The notes under the pieces: model-generated | The model's database searches: none | What the model was told of the DNA's origin: nothing | The model's input: the letters and a program-made list of their open reading frames with translations, nothing else | Made by a program: the position numbers and the translations under genes | Shown: one piece after another, positions 33,176-43,240 of the stretch | How positions within the stretch are numbered: the stretch's first letter is position 1 | Layout: each line of letters starts with the position of its first letter | Origin: an uncultured delta proteobacterium | Lineage (GTDB): Bacteria > Myxococcota_A > Polyangia > Polyangiales > B10-G4 | Length of the DNA stretch: 64,000 bases | Reading direction: 5' to 3' | NCBI GenBank assembly: GCA_963727445.1 | Contig: CAVSGI010000010.1 | Coordinates: forward strand, 544,001-608,000

Positions 33176-33253
33176 CCAGCGACGACGTGGAAGGGGTAGC
33201 CGGCGAAGGCCGCCGGAAAGAGGCCAGTCAACTCGCCGAAATCGCTGAGTATC

Positions 33254-34444
33254 TCAAGGGGTGGGGGCCGCCGCGCATTCGCTCCACTCCGGCGGCCAGT
33301 TGTCGCAGAAGCGACACCAGCTGTCGGTCGCGCCGACGCAGGCGTCGCAGACAGGATCGTTACAGCACTCCGTCCCCTCGCACGCGGCGCTGGCGGGCAG
33401 CGCGTCTCCGAAGGCCAGCTGCGCTGCCCACTCTTGGAGGTTCTGGCCATCGACCTCGCGGGTGGCGAAGAAGGGGTAGGGCGTCACGCAGTGCATGGAG
33501 CCCGGCGGGATGTAGCTCCGGAAGTTCGGCGTGCTCGCCTCGATCTCCGCGATGCTCGCGCGGAAGAGCCCCGGCCAGTCCTCGGCCTGTCCGCCCATCG
33601 CCGTGTAGAAGAAGATCTGGTCGTTGTCGTAGGCGGTGGCGGTCTGGGCGAAGCGGTGTTGGGGGAACTGGTTGCCGATGGCGGTGTAGACCATCGGAAG
33701 CGTCAGCTCGGAGATCGGCCGGTCCAGCCCTTCGACGAAGGTCGGCAGGTTCGGCTCCGCGTTCCACTTCGGGAGGCTGTCCATCAGGAAGCTGTCGGTG
33801 ATGATCCCCGAGCCGGAGTCCGCGAGAACGCTGATGTCGGACTCGGTGTAGTGCTGAGCGATGTACGCGGAGTGCAGGGCGGCGCCATAGGCACCGGCGC
33901 TGCATCCGGTGACGAAGATGTTGTCGGGTGAAGGGAAGCGCGAGTAGACCCAATCGAGCACTGCGCTCGCGTTGACGAAACCCCGGTGCTCGATGGTGAC
34001 ACCGCCTCCATAGTCCTGGAACGAGTTGCCCCAATGGACGTCGCCCGTGCAGTAGGGAACGTGGACGACCGTCCAATCGGCGAAGGGGCTGTCCGGACTG
34101 GGATCGAAGATCCCGCCGACGGCCCCCGCGTCGATCGCGCCGACGAAGGTGTCGAGGTCGCCGGTGCTGTCGCTGAATAGCGCGTCGCCGACCGAGCAGA
34201 CGATCTGGTTCCAGCAAGCGCCGCCACCCTGGAAATCGATGATGACGCGGTCGCTCCGGCCGCCGCGGACGAAGAAGCGATATTCGGTGCCGCGCGCACA
34301 GACCGTGTCGCCGCCAGGAAGGACTTCGATCCACTCACCTGCGGCAGGGGGATCGGGGAGCCCATCGGGGACGACCTCGTCGCCGTTGCAGGCCACCGAC
34401 GCGAGGAGGAGAAGCGAGGCGAGACGCAGAGATCGGTGTGGCAC
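33254..34444 (-). CDS. Pectinacetylesterase/Notum-family lipoprotein
   Basis: Lipobox VAC; FQGGGACW, PYCTGDVH, TGCSAG, DSG. Confidence 0.85.
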   Translation of the reverse strand: MPHRSLRLASLLLLASVACNGDEVVPDGLPDPPAAGEWIEVLPGGDTVCARGTEYRFFVRGGRSDRVIIDFQGGGACWNQIVCSVGDALFSDSTGDLDTFVGAIDAGAVGGIFDPSPDSPFADWTVVHVPYCTGDVHWGNSFQDYGGGVTIEHRGFVNASAVLDWVYSRFPSPDNIFVTGCSAGAYGAALHSAYIAQHYTESDISVLADSGSGIITDSFLMDSLPKWNAEPNLPTFVEGLDRPISELTLPMVYTAIGNQFPQHRFAQTATAYDNDQIFFYTAMGGQAEDWPGLFRASIAEIEASTPNFRSYIPPGSMHCVTPYPFFATREVDGQNLQEWAAQLAFGDALPASAACEGTECCNDPVCDACVGATDSWCRFCDNWPPEWSECAAAPTP

Positions 34445-34482
34445 GGTCGGGAAGAGTACGACGGATTGGCCGCGGCGGATCG

Positions 34483-36009
34483 TCACTCCGTCACGACCAC
34501 GTGGCTCCCGCGGAACGGGGTCTGGTCGGTGGAGATGCCATCCCAGCTCTCGGGAAGCTCCGGCCACGTGTCCTGGAACACGCGGTGGGCATCGGTCGGG
34601 GCCATGTTCACGCACCCATGGGAGCGCGGCATGCCGAAACGGGTGTGCCAAAAGGCGGCGTGCAGCGCGAAGGAGCCCTCGAAGTACTGGGTCCAGGGCA
34701 CGTCCTCGATGCGGTAGCGGTCGCTGGAGGCGTCGGGCCCGATGTTGGCCATGGTGTTGGTGACGTGCTTGTCGCGGATCTCGAAGATGCCGGTGGGGGT
34801 CTCGTTGTCCTCGATGCCCGTCGAGACCAGCGTCGCGTAGACGGGGGTGTCGCCGTGGTAGAGGACGAGGGTCTGCTCCGAGAGGTCGACGTGCACCCAG
34901 GGCTCGTCCTCGGCCACTTCCTGGGGTCGATCGATCCGCTCGGCGACGGACGCGAACCAGGCGCGCAGGTACTGGTCGTTGCCGATGGCGTGCATCACCT
35001 GCCCGCCCATGTTCGATCGCTCGGTCCACCCTTCGAGGAAGGTCTGGCGCTCGATGGGCTCGGCCTCCTCGTCCTCGTGGAAGCTGACGTTGCCTTCGGC
35101 GTCCTCGGTCTTCACCCAGGGCCGCGAGGTGCGCACCGCCCAGGCCACCGGGAGCTGTCGCTCCTCGCCGAGCTCCACGCCGTGGAAGTCGCTGCCGCTG
35201 CGCTCCTCGAGCTGCGACTGCTTGATGTAGCGACCGCCGGTGGTGCGGACGAAGTAGCGGAAGGCGCGCACCTCGACGCCGTTCGACGCCACCATGAAGC
35301 CGCGATCGAGATAGCGCGCCGCGATCGCCGTGCCCGACGGACCGCCTTCGCCTTCGCCCGCCATGTAGCGCTCCGCGCGCCGTTCGTTGAGCGCGAGCAG
35401 CTCCTCGTAATGCGCTGCGAAGGCGAGCGCGGCGCGCTGCTCGTTACGCGAGGGGAGGCGATGGTACTCGGGGACCGTCGTCTCCTTGACGTAGTAGTAG
35501 TCGTAGGGGAGGGGCTCGTCGCGTGGGCCGGGCGGGAGCACCAGCGCGCCGCGCGCCGCGGCCTGCTCGACCTGGTCTTCCTTCCAACCCTCGAGCGTCG
35601 GCTCCTCGATCTCGATCGGCTCCGTGCGCGCTTCGATCCCTTCGTCGGTGCAGACGAAGCCGGTGGGCCACACCTGCGCGAAGCCGCCGCGGCAGCCTGC
35701 GCCTGGACGCTCCTCGGCGGACAGGCGCACCTTCGCGCCGATGCGCAGCCAGCCGACGGTGGTGCTCTCGTCGTTCGGCTCGCTGTAGATCTTGAGCAGC
35801 GTGGTGGTCACCGCGCCGTAACGGGGATAGAGCCGATCGATCTCCGATTGCTCGGTCACCACCGGCCCGTCGGCACCCGGGGGCGTGGTGGTGCGCGGCG
35901 CCGCGCTCGCCTCGTCCGCGCCGCCGCTCTCTTCGTCCGTCTCGTCGCTGCAGGCGAGCGTTGGCAGGGCGAAGACGAGCGCCCCCATGAGCAAGGCAGT
36001 TCGCTGCAT
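34483..36009 (-). CDS. L,D-transpeptidase lipoprotein
   Basis: Lipobox LAC; VDLSEQTL, ALHAAFWH, SHGCVN. Confidence 0.92.
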   Translation of the reverse strand: MQRTALLMGALVFALPTLACSDETDEESGGADEASAAPRTTTPPGADGPVVTEQSEIDRLYPRYGAVTTTLLKIYSEPNDESTTVGWLRIGAKVRLSAEERPGAGCRGGFAQVWPTGFVCTDEGIEARTEPIEIEEPTLEGWKEDQVEQAAARGALVLPPGPRDEPLPYDYYYVKETTVPEYHRLPSRNEQRAALAFAAHYEELLALNERRAERYMAGEGEGGPSGTAIAARYLDRGFMVASNGVEVRAFRYFVRTTGGRYIKQSQLEERSGSDFHGVELGEERQLPVAWAVRTSRPWVKTEDAEGNVSFHEDEEAEPIERQTFLEGWTERSNMGGQVMHAIGNDQYLRAWFASVAERIDRPQEVAEDEPWVHVDLSEQTLVLYHGDTPVYATLVSTGIEDNETPTGIFEIRDKHVTNTMANIGPDASSDRYRIEDVPWTQYFEGSFALHAAFWHTRFGMPRSHGCVNMAPTDAHRVFQDTWPELPESWDGISTDQTPFRGSHVVVTE

Positions 36010-36054
36010 CGGCGCAGGCTTACCAGCCCAGCCGACGCTCGCAACCCCTCTGGA

Positions 36055-36735
36055 TCAGGGCCGGCTCATCCGGGCGCGGAGGTAATCGATCAGCGGATCG
36101 ACGCCCGCCGAGCGGGGAATCGCGACGAAATCCGTGCCCTTGGCTTCGAGGGCGTTGCTCACCGCCGAGCCCGCGGGTTGGTCCGCGCACCATATCAGGA
36201 TCATGCGGTCTGGATTCTCCGCCAGGACCTCGGCCAGGTCCTGGGGGCTCACGTCAGCGGCGCTCTGGCCGTCCACGATCACCACGTCCGGCGTCAGGAC
36301 GCCTTCGAGGCGCGAGAGCGACTGCTCGTCCCGGGCGGCGGCGGCGCCGATCTTCTCGGGGCCGAGCGCCATCTCCAGCTGACGCACCAGCTTTCCCGAG
36401 CGGGCCAGCACCAGGACCTTGAGCGGCCCGGAGTCGCTACCGCCGATGCTCCGCGTCATCACGGTGGAATCGTCGAAGGCGCTCTCGTCGATGGTGATGC
36501 CGCCCATCGGGTCGAGGGCGACCTCCATCCGCTCGATGATCACCGCCGCGCGCTCGCCTCCGACCTTGTTCATCAGGATCCGCTTCATCGGCCCGCGCAC
36601 GAAGAAGAGGGCTTCGGCTTCCATCTCGGCGTCTGGCTCGTCGAGGGCCGCGAAGAGCAGCTTGGCCGCCTCGTCCGCGCCCACATCCTCCTCGAGGATG
36701 TCGCGCACGATGCGCATCTCCTGGCTGTCAGACAT
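36055..36735 (-). CDS. Hypothetical protein with a receiver-like C-terminal domain
   Basis: LKVLVL...PDVVIVDG beta/alpha pattern; canonical acidic pair and Lys missing. Confidence 0.55.
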   Translation of the reverse strand: MSDSQEMRIVRDILEEDVGADEAAKLLFAALDEPDAEMEAEALFFVRGPMKRILMNKVGGERAAVIIERMEVALDPMGGITIDESAFDDSTVMTRSIGGSDSGPLKVLVLARSGKLVRQLEMALGPEKIGAAAARDEQSLSRLEGVLTPDVVIVDGQSAADVSPQDLAEVLAENPDRMILIWCADQPAGSAVSNALEAKGTDFVAIPRSAGVDPLIDYLRARMSRP

Positions 36736-36888
36736 CTGATGTCATCGTAACAGGCCTCACACACGGAGCCCCGAAAGTGGGACACCGATGTCCCCACCGG
36801 AGCCTCTCGGCTCCACCCGAGGAGCATTTGGGATCACAGGTGTTCCAAAGTTGCACAGGAAAGCCGAGCAATTCTCTCAACGATATCG

Positions 36889-36904
36889 TGGCACAGGATC
36901 TGCT
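36889..36904 (+). promoter_or_regulatory. Putative sigma-54 promoter
   Basis: TGGCACAGGATCTGCT, a near-consensus -24/-12 element. Confidence 0.7.
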
Positions 36905-36916
36905 TAATCATCGGGC

Positions 36917-37114
36917 ATGTCCAAGAGCACTTTCCTCGCGCTGGTCGTGTTCGCCGTCGGACTGCTCGCGTTTCTGGCCCTCGTCACGGAAGGCCCGCGC
37001 CTCCTCTCGTTCGGAGAGGCCGCCTTCGTCCCCACGAAGACAGTCGCTACGCAGCTCGAGGTCGAGCCGGGCACCTGGATCGCGTACGAAGAGCTCCCGC
37101 TTTCCGTCCATTGA
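36917..37114 (+). CDS. Small membrane/secreted hypothetical protein
   Basis: N-terminal hydrophobic helix; lies directly after the sigma-54 motif. Confidence 0.55.
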   Translation: MSKSTFLALVVFAVGLLAFLALVTEGPRLLSFGEAAFVPTKTVATQLEVEPGTWIAYEELPLSVH

Positions 37115-37124
37115 GTCGTAAGGT

Positions 37125-37715
37125 TTGGGCGCTGTGCCCGAGCGGAATCGCTTCATTCGGAGGTTGGTGGGTCGCGCCTTTCTCCGCGCCTTCGGCTGGC
37201 AGCTCGAGGGTGGTGCCCCCGACGCCAAGCGCGCCGTGGTGATCGCGTATCCCCACACCACCAACTGGGATCTGCCCTTCACCCTCGCCTGCGCCTACGC
37301 CCTCGACGTCGACATCAAGTGGCTCGGCAAGAAGTCGCTCTTTCACGGGCCGCAGGGCTGGCTGATGAAGAGCCTCGGGGGCATCCCGGTGGACCGCTCG
37401 AAGCGGACCAAGCTGGTCGACGCGGTGATCGACGCCATCGAGCCGATGGACAACGTGCTGGTGGTGATCCCGCCCGAGGGAACGCGCGGCAAGACCGGCC
37501 GCTGGAAGAGCGGCTTCTACTGGATCGCCCACGGCGCCCACATTCCGATCGTCCTCGGCTTCCTCGACTTCAAGCGGAAGCGCGGCGGCCTGGGCGAGGT
37601 CTTCGAGCCGACGGGCGACATCGACGCCGACCTCGAACGCATCAAGGAGTTCTACGCGGGCATCGAGGGCAAGTTCCCCGACAAGCAGGGCGCGATCACA
37701 CTCGTCGACGGCTAG
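37125..37715 (+). CDS. Acyltransferase (PlsC family)
   Basis: PHTTNWD, GGIPVDR, PEGTR, WKSGFY. Confidence 0.88.
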   Translation: MGAVPERNRFIRRLVGRAFLRAFGWQLEGGAPDAKRAVVIAYPHTTNWDLPFTLACAYALDVDIKWLGKKSLFHGPQGWLMKSLGGIPVDRSKRTKLVDAVIDAIEPMDNVLVVIPPEGTRGKTGRWKSGFYWIAHGAHIPIVLGFLDFKRKRGGLGEVFEPTGDIDADLERIKEFYAGIEGKFPDKQGAITLVDG

Positions 37716-38763
37716 CGTCTTCGGCGACGCGCGCCTGATCGCGCAGCGACTGCCACAGGTCGTCGCCGTCGGCGTAGACCTCCGCGATGGCGTCCTGGTC
37801 GAAGAGCCACTCTTCGAGCTTCGCCGGCGTCGGCTCGGAAGCGAGGAAGTCGGCGAAAGCGTCGACGAAGGTGGCGCGACTCACGTCTTGCTCGAGCTCG
37901 ATGGTGCCTTTCGTCTCCCAGTGATCGAGCGTCTGGCTCGCGAGGATCACGAAGGGCGAGTCGGGCTCTGCTTCGGGCTCGGGCTCGGCCAGGGGATCCG
38001 GTCCTGAGACCAGCTTGAGGAGCGCGTCGAGGGCGCGGTGCTCCTCGTCGACTTCGTCGAGGTCTGCGAGCTCGCCCTCTTCCTCGGCGTCGTCGCTCTG
38101 CTCGACACCGAGGACCTTGAAGTCGGTGAGGAGCACGACCGGCTCGTCACGCTCGGACAGGCCCCAGAACGTCGCATAGGTGCCGTCGCCCTTGCCGGTC
38201 CGAAAGCTGATCAGGTTTCCCTTCGCCTCGTCGACCTCGACCTCGTCGCCGGCGGAGAGATCGGAGAGCGGTGGCGGGTGCTCTTTCTCGTAACGCTCGA
38301 AGGCTTCGTGCCACGCCTCGTCGTCTTCGGCGTCGACGTTCTGCGCATCCACCCACTTCGCGCCCTGCTCGAAATGATCCTGCCCCTTTTGCGCGAGGGC
38401 GGTCGCCACCTCGGCATCGAGGAAGCATCCGACGCCGCTGTCGGCCGGGTAGACGGGCAGGCCGAGCCGCGGCGCGTCGCGATTCGCGAAGAGGCCGACC
38501 TGCCAGCTCACGATGGGCTCATCGGAGAAACGGACGAGAGCATAGGCGACCACGCCTTCGTCGGTGACGCCGACCTCCACCCCGTAGGTCCCCGGCGCCA
38601 CCACCCGCTCGAAGGGCTCGGCACCGTCGAGGAACATCACGGGATCGCAGGCGACGATGGAGCCGCTCGGAAGGCGCAGCTCCCCCTGGTCTCGGGGAGT
38701 GGCGCCGAGATCCTCGGCTCCCAGGTCCTCGAGCCACGGTGGCAGGTCGAAGGCCGGTCCCAT
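37696..38763 (-). CDS. DUF4241-like protein with an acidic C-terminal extension
   Basis: L.LPSG.IVACDP, YPADSG.GCF.D, F.TG.GDG.Y..FWG. Confidence 0.75.
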   Translation of the reverse strand: MGPAFDLPPWLEDLGAEDLGATPRDQGELRLPSGSIVACDPVMFLDGAEPFERVVAPGTYGVEVGVTDEGVVAYALVRFSDEPIVSWQVGLFANRDAPRLGLPVYPADSGVGCFLDAEVATALAQKGQDHFEQGAKWVDAQNVDAEDDEAWHEAFERYEKEHPPPLSDLSAGDEVEVDEAKGNLISFRTGKGDGTYATFWGLSERDEPVVLLTDFKVLGVEQSDDAEEEGELADLDEVDEEHRALDALLKLVSGPDPLAEPEPEAEPDSPFVILASQTLDHWETKGTIELEQDVSRATFVDAFADFLASEPTPAKLEEWLFDQDAIAEVYADGDDLWQSLRDQARVAEDASRRRV

Positions 38764-38928
38764 CAGGGCGCGTTATTGATGGGGATTCCCCACTTGTCAA
38801 CGCGGGCTTCAATTCGGCCGTTCTGGCCCCACTCAGGGGCCGAGGAGATGGAAGACGGCGAGTGCACGTGATTTCATCGGGCCATGGCGCGTCGAGGGGC
38901 CCGCCTTCTCTCGTAGACTCTCTGGATC

Positions 38929-39648
38929 GTGAAGCGCGGTGCCTACCTCCTCGTGCCGTTGCTCCTGGCACTCGCCCTGCTGGCGGCCGTCCTCTATCTC
39001 TCCGGCGGCGACGAGGAGGAGGAGACGGCGGCGGCACCCGGAGAATCGGAAGTCGATTCGCCTGCGGAGGATGATTGGGAGAGCGGTGGTCTCCTCGGTC
39101 TCGACGAGGGCGAGGCGCTCGGCAGCGGCGAGGGTGAAAGCGAAGGACCGGCGCGACCGTGGATGGGCGGCGGTGAAGGTGGCGGCGGTCGCGGGTGGAT
39201 GCGGGGCTTCCGGCGCCGGCGCGATGGCGGCCCGCCCGACCCGGAGTGGGAAGCGCGAAGGGCGCGACGGCGCGAGCGCTTTCTTCAGCGCATCGAGGTG
39301 ATCTCACTCGGTCCGAACGAACCGACGACGACGAACGAAGAGGTCTTCGATGCGTTTCGCGACGTGCGCCCTCTGGTGCGCGACTGTCTTCGAGAGGCGG
39401 GCGTCGAGCGGGGCGCGTGGCGCGAGATGCGCGGGACCTCGCGGACGCTGAGCTTCGACCTCGACGCCGAGGGAGGCGTGGTCCCCGCGTCGACGAGCTT
39501 CGAGCCGGCTCTCCCGGAGCCCTTCGCCACGTGCATGGGTCAGAGCCTCGAAGCGTTGACGGTGGAGCCGCCCGGACAGGACGGTGCGCGAGTCTCGATC
39601 GAGATGCCGGAGCGCCGCCGTCGTTCGACCGACGCGGGTACGCGCTGA
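38929..39648 (+). CDS. Membrane-anchored protein with an AgmX/PglI C-terminal-like domain
   Basis: N-terminal TM; VRDC...SFDLDAEG.V...FATC pattern. Confidence 0.55.
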   Translation: MKRGAYLLVPLLLALALLAAVLYLSGGDEEEETAAAPGESEVDSPAEDDWESGGLLGLDEGEALGSGEGESEGPARPWMGGGEGGGGRGWMRGFRRRRDGGPPDPEWEARRARRRERFLQRIEVISLGPNEPTTTNEEVFDAFRDVRPLVRDCLREAGVERGAWREMRGTSRTLSFDLDAEGGVVPASTSFEPALPEPFATCMGQSLEALTVEPPGQDGARVSIEMPERRRRSTDAGTR

Positions 39649-39683
39649 GCCCGGGCCCGCTCTGCGCTATCCTGAGGGCAGCC

Positions 39684-40409
39684 GTGGACGGGCTCGTGAC
39701 GATCACGCGGCATCGCCGCATCCTCCCTTTCCTCGCCGGAGTGCTGGGCGCCCTGGTCGCCTGGGCGGCGATCGGCATCTTCGGGAGCGTCTTCGGATTC
39801 GCGGCGGGCTTCTTGTTGGGCGCGCTGCTGTTGTCGCTCGGCCACGTGCGGCAGGCACTCGGTCACGGCCCACGCGAGGCCCGGATGCATCGGGAGGCGA
39901 TGGCACAGCTGCGCGCGATGGGCGCGCTCGGTCCGATGAGGCTCGCTTCGCCGCCGGCGCGGCGCACTTCGGCCGAGCTTCGCCGCGCGATCGCCGAGAT
40001 GGAGACGCTGGCGACGACGGATATGAGCGCGGCGGTGGACGCGGGCCGCGGCCTGCGCGCGGCGTTCCCGAAGAGCGCGGCGGTGCTCTCGCGGCTCGCC
40101 GTTTTCGAGCGCGCCGCCGGTCACGACGACGCGGCGCGCGGGACCGCGAGCGAGGCGATCGACGCGGCGCTCGGCATCGGCGCCACCAGCGTCGCGCTGG
40201 ATCTCTACGACGACTTCGCGCAGGAGCTGGAAAAGGTCGAGATGCGCGCTTCGACTCTGCTCGCGTTGGCCGGCGCTCTGTCGAAGCGCGGCCGTCCCGA
40301 TCTCGTGCGCCGCTGCGTCGAGCGGCTCCACACACTCGATGACCTCGACGCGCGCGAGCGCCGGGCGCTCACATTGCTCGAACGCACGCTGGGCGACGCC
40401 GCGACGTGA
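39684..40409 (+). CDS. Hypothetical membrane protein with a helical repeat region
   Basis: Two N-terminal TM helices, then Ala/Leu-rich helices; start approximate. Confidence 0.55.
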   Translation: MDGLVTITRHRRILPFLAGVLGALVAWAAIGIFGSVFGFAAGFLLGALLLSLGHVRQALGHGPREARMHREAMAQLRAMGALGPMRLASPPARRTSAELRRAIAEMETLATTDMSAAVDAGRGLRAAFPKSAAVLSRLAVFERAAGHDDAARGTASEAIDAALGIGATSVALDLYDDFAQELEKVEMRASTLLALAGALSKRGRPDLVRRCVERLHTLDDLDARERRALTLLERTLGDAAT

Positions 40410-40484
40410 ACTTCGCTGCACCGAGTGTGCGAGCGATTGCGCGCTCGTGCGCCTCCGAGTGACGGAAACACCGCGTTCGCGGTG

Positions 40485-40500
40485 CGGCATGCCGCGTGCT
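40485..40500 (+). promoter_or_regulatory. Putative sigma-54 promoter
   Basis: CGGCATGCCGCGTGCT (GG-N10-GC), followed by a GGAGGA RBS and ATG 40524. Confidence 0.55.
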
Positions 40501-40523
40501 CGTGGCGAGCGCGGAGGAGATCG

Positions 40524-41312
40524 ATGAACCGCAACCACGCCATGCTCGTGGCTGTCCTCGTGACGGCCGTCGTTCCAACGTCGCGCGCCTTCGCGCAGCA
40601 GGTCTGGGTCACGCCCGCGCCCGCGCCTCAGCAACCTGCGCCCGCCCCGCAGCCGCCGCCGCCACCACCGCAGGTCGACGTCGTCGCCGAATCCGAGACG
40701 GGAACCACGCCGGCAGGCGAGGAGGAGACGGAGCCGACGCGAAGCGACACGAACGTGAACGTCGAAGTGGGCGCTCGCACCGAGGGCGGGCAAGCGCCGG
40801 CCGCTCCGGCGGCGACGCCGTCGACGAACGCGCCCAACCCCGGCGACGAGCCCCAGCTCGCCCGCTTCCTGCACGGCTTCCGCCTCGGCTACCTCTACAT
40901 CCACGACATCGAGGGCCCCGTCGACAGCGAGAACCCGAGCTCGCAGCCATACGCCGACCGCTACGGCATCCGCTCCCCACACATGTTCATGCTCGGCTAC
41001 GAGCTGGCGGTGCGCCTCTTCGGCCACGACTGGCTGAACATGCTGCTGATCGGAAACATCCTGATCGCCGGCTTCGAACAGAGCCGATTCTTCCCGAGCG
41101 CGAACATGATGCTCGGCTTCGAGTTCAATCAAACCGCCCAACTCGGCGTGGGCGTCAGCCTCACCCCGACCAAAGACGACCCCGCTCACATCGTCGTCGC
41201 CGCCGGCTGGACCCCCCAGGTCGGCGAGTTCTATCTGCCGATCCACTTCTTCTTCGTCCCCGACATCAACGGGCATCACAAGATCGGCGCGACGTTGGGC
41301 GTGACGTTCTAG
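40524..41312 (+). CDS. Secreted protein with a Pro-rich linker and a probable beta-barrel
   Basis: RBS; signal peptide AFA-Q; C-terminal TLGVTF with terminal Phe. Confidence 0.7.
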   Translation: MNRNHAMLVAVLVTAVVPTSRAFAQQVWVTPAPAPQQPAPAPQPPPPPPQVDVVAESETGTTPAGEEETEPTRSDTNVNVEVGARTEGGQAPAAPAATPSTNAPNPGDEPQLARFLHGFRLGYLYIHDIEGPVDSENPSSQPYADRYGIRSPHMFMLGYELAVRLFGHDWLNMLLIGNILIAGFEQSRFFPSANMMLGFEFNQTAQLGVGVSLTPTKDDPAHIVVAAGWTPQVGEFYLPIHFFFVPDINGHHKIGATLGVTF

Positions 41313-41363
41313 AGCGGCTCGGCCTGCGCATTGGCTGGCGCCTGAGCTCGTGCAGCCCCATAC

Positions 41364-43109
41364 ATGCTCCGCATGACCACACAACAAGCCGTGTCGAGCG
41401 CGTCCCCTTCCGAAACGCCTCGCGCCGAGCTCGACGCGATCGTCTCCAAGCTCGCGGCGGCTGCGCCGGCGTGGGCGGACAAGAGCCCCAGCGAGATCGC
41501 CGACCTCCTCGTGGCCATACGGGGCCGCGTGATGGACGTCGCGGCCGACTGGGTCGAGGACGCGCGCGAGGCGAAGGGCCTCGCCGCCGACTCGCCTCTC
41601 GTCGGGGAGGAGTGGATCAGCGGCCCCTGGGCATTGCTCGCCGGCCTCAACGGTCTCATTCACACGCTCCGCGCGGTCGCCGCGGGCAAGGATCCCCTCG
41701 CGGGTCAGAAGGTGACGACGCGGCCCGATGGTCAGGTCGTGGTGCAGGTGCTGCCCGCCACGGTCTGGGACACCATCCTGCTCAACGGCTTCCACGCAGA
41801 GGTCTGGCAACAGCCGGAGGTCACGCGAGAGAACCTCCGGAAGCACGTCGCCGAGCGCTTCCAGCGCAAGGGCACGAAGGCGGCCGTGAGCCTGATCCTC
41901 GGCGCGGGGAACATCAACAGCATCCCGCCCCTCGACGCGCTCTACAAGCTCGTCGCCGAGGGCGAGGTCTGCATCGTCAAGCTCAACCCGATCAACGACT
42001 ACCTGGCGCCTCACCTCACGCACATCTTCGCGCCGGTCGCCGATTACTGCGTCTACGTCAAAGGCGAGGGATCGGTCGGGGCGTACCTCTCGACGCATGC
42101 CGGCGTCGACTCGATGCACATCACCGGGAGCGGCCGAACCCACGACGCGATCGTCTTCGGTACCGGCGAGGAGGGAGCGAAACGGAAGGCGGCCAACGAG
42201 CCTTTGAACCCCCGCCCGATGACGAGCGAGCTCGGTGGCGTCGGTCCCACGATCGTCGTCCCCGGCGATTGGAGCGAAGCGGACTTCCACTTCCAGGCCG
42301 AGAACCTGGTCACCCAGAAGCTCCACAACGCGGGCTGCAACTGCATCGCCTCGCAGATCCTCATCCTCCCCGACGGGTGGTCCGGCACCGACGCGCTCCT
42401 TCGGGCGATCGAAGAGGTCGTCGCGAAGATCGACAGCCGTCCCGCGTACTACCGAGGCAACGACGCGCGGATCGGTGGATTCCTCGAACATTACCCTGAC
42501 GCGACGCGTCTCGGCGCCTCCCCCGAGCTCATCCTCGCCCAAGGGCTCGACCCGAGCGCGGACGAATACTGTTTCACCGAGGAGGCCTTCGGGAAGTTCT
42601 GGGGCGTGGTGCGCCTGGCGGAGAGCGAGCCCGAGGCATTCCTCTCGGCCGCCGTCGACTTCGCGAACGACAAGCTCATGGGCACCCTCGGCGCCCAGCT
42701 CGTGATCCACCCGTCGACCGAAGAGGCGCACGCCGCGGCGCTCGACCGGGCGCTCGCCGATCTTCGCTATGGCACCATCGCCGTGAACGCGTGGAGCGGC
42801 GTCGGCTTCCTCGTTCCGGGCGCGATGTGGGGTGCGTTCCCAGGGCATCCGCTCAACGACGTCCAGAGCGGCATCGGAGTGGTGCACAACGCCTTTCTCT
42901 TCGACCGTCCCCAGAAGACAGTGGTCCGCGCACCGTTCTGGGAGTTTCCGCGAACCCTCCTCGGCGGCCGCTTCCATTGGTCGCCCAAGCCCTTCTGGTT
43001 CGTGACCCACGGAAAGGCGGACTCCGTCGGCCGCAACGCCGCGAAGTTCGAGGCGACGCGCAACGTGGCGCTCCTCGCCCCCATCTTCGGCGGCGCGCTG
43101 ACCGGCTGA
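41364..43109 (+). CDS. Aldehyde dehydrogenase family protein
   Basis: GAGN, ITGS, SELGG, NAGCNC, EEAF. Confidence 0.85.
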   Translation: MLRMTTQQAVSSASPSETPRAELDAIVSKLAAAAPAWADKSPSEIADLLVAIRGRVMDVAADWVEDAREAKGLAADSPLVGEEWISGPWALLAGLNGLIHTLRAVAAGKDPLAGQKVTTRPDGQVVVQVLPATVWDTILLNGFHAEVWQQPEVTRENLRKHVAERFQRKGTKAAVSLILGAGNINSIPPLDALYKLVAEGEVCIVKLNPINDYLAPHLTHIFAPVADYCVYVKGEGSVGAYLSTHAGVDSMHITGSGRTHDAIVFGTGEEGAKRKAANEPLNPRPMTSELGGVGPTIVVPGDWSEADFHFQAENLVTQKLHNAGCNCIASQILILPDGWSGTDALLRAIEEVVAKIDSRPAYYRGNDARIGGFLEHYPDATRLGASPELILAQGLDPSADEYCFTEEAFGKFWGVVRLAESEPEAFLSAAVDFANDKLMGTLGAQLVIHPSTEEAHAAALDRALADLRYGTIAVNAWSGVGFLVPGAMWGAFPGHPLNDVQSGIGVVHNAFLFDRPQKTVVRAPFWEFPRTLLGGRFHWSPKPFWFVTHGKADSVGRNAAKFEATRNVALLAPIFGGALTG

Positions 43110-43186
43110 GGGCCAATCACCGGGCGCCTTCGCGCCGGATCACTTCGTACGCGCTCGGGGAAGCCCCCGCGACCAGGACGGGGCGA

Positions 43187-43211
43187 CATCGTGGACGTGA
43201 CGTCCACGATG
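43187..43211. terminator. Perfect palindrome between convergent genes (possible bidirectional terminator)
   Basis: CATCGTGGACGT-G-ACGTCCACGATG; no U-tract. Confidence 0.45.
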
Positions 43212-43240
43212 CGGAGCACCCTGGTCGGACCGCGGCGCCT

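Noticed and set aside
39540..43010. 1156-aa minus-strand ORF and similar long antisense ORFs
   Set aside because: Stop-poor shadows of real high-GC genes on the opposite strand
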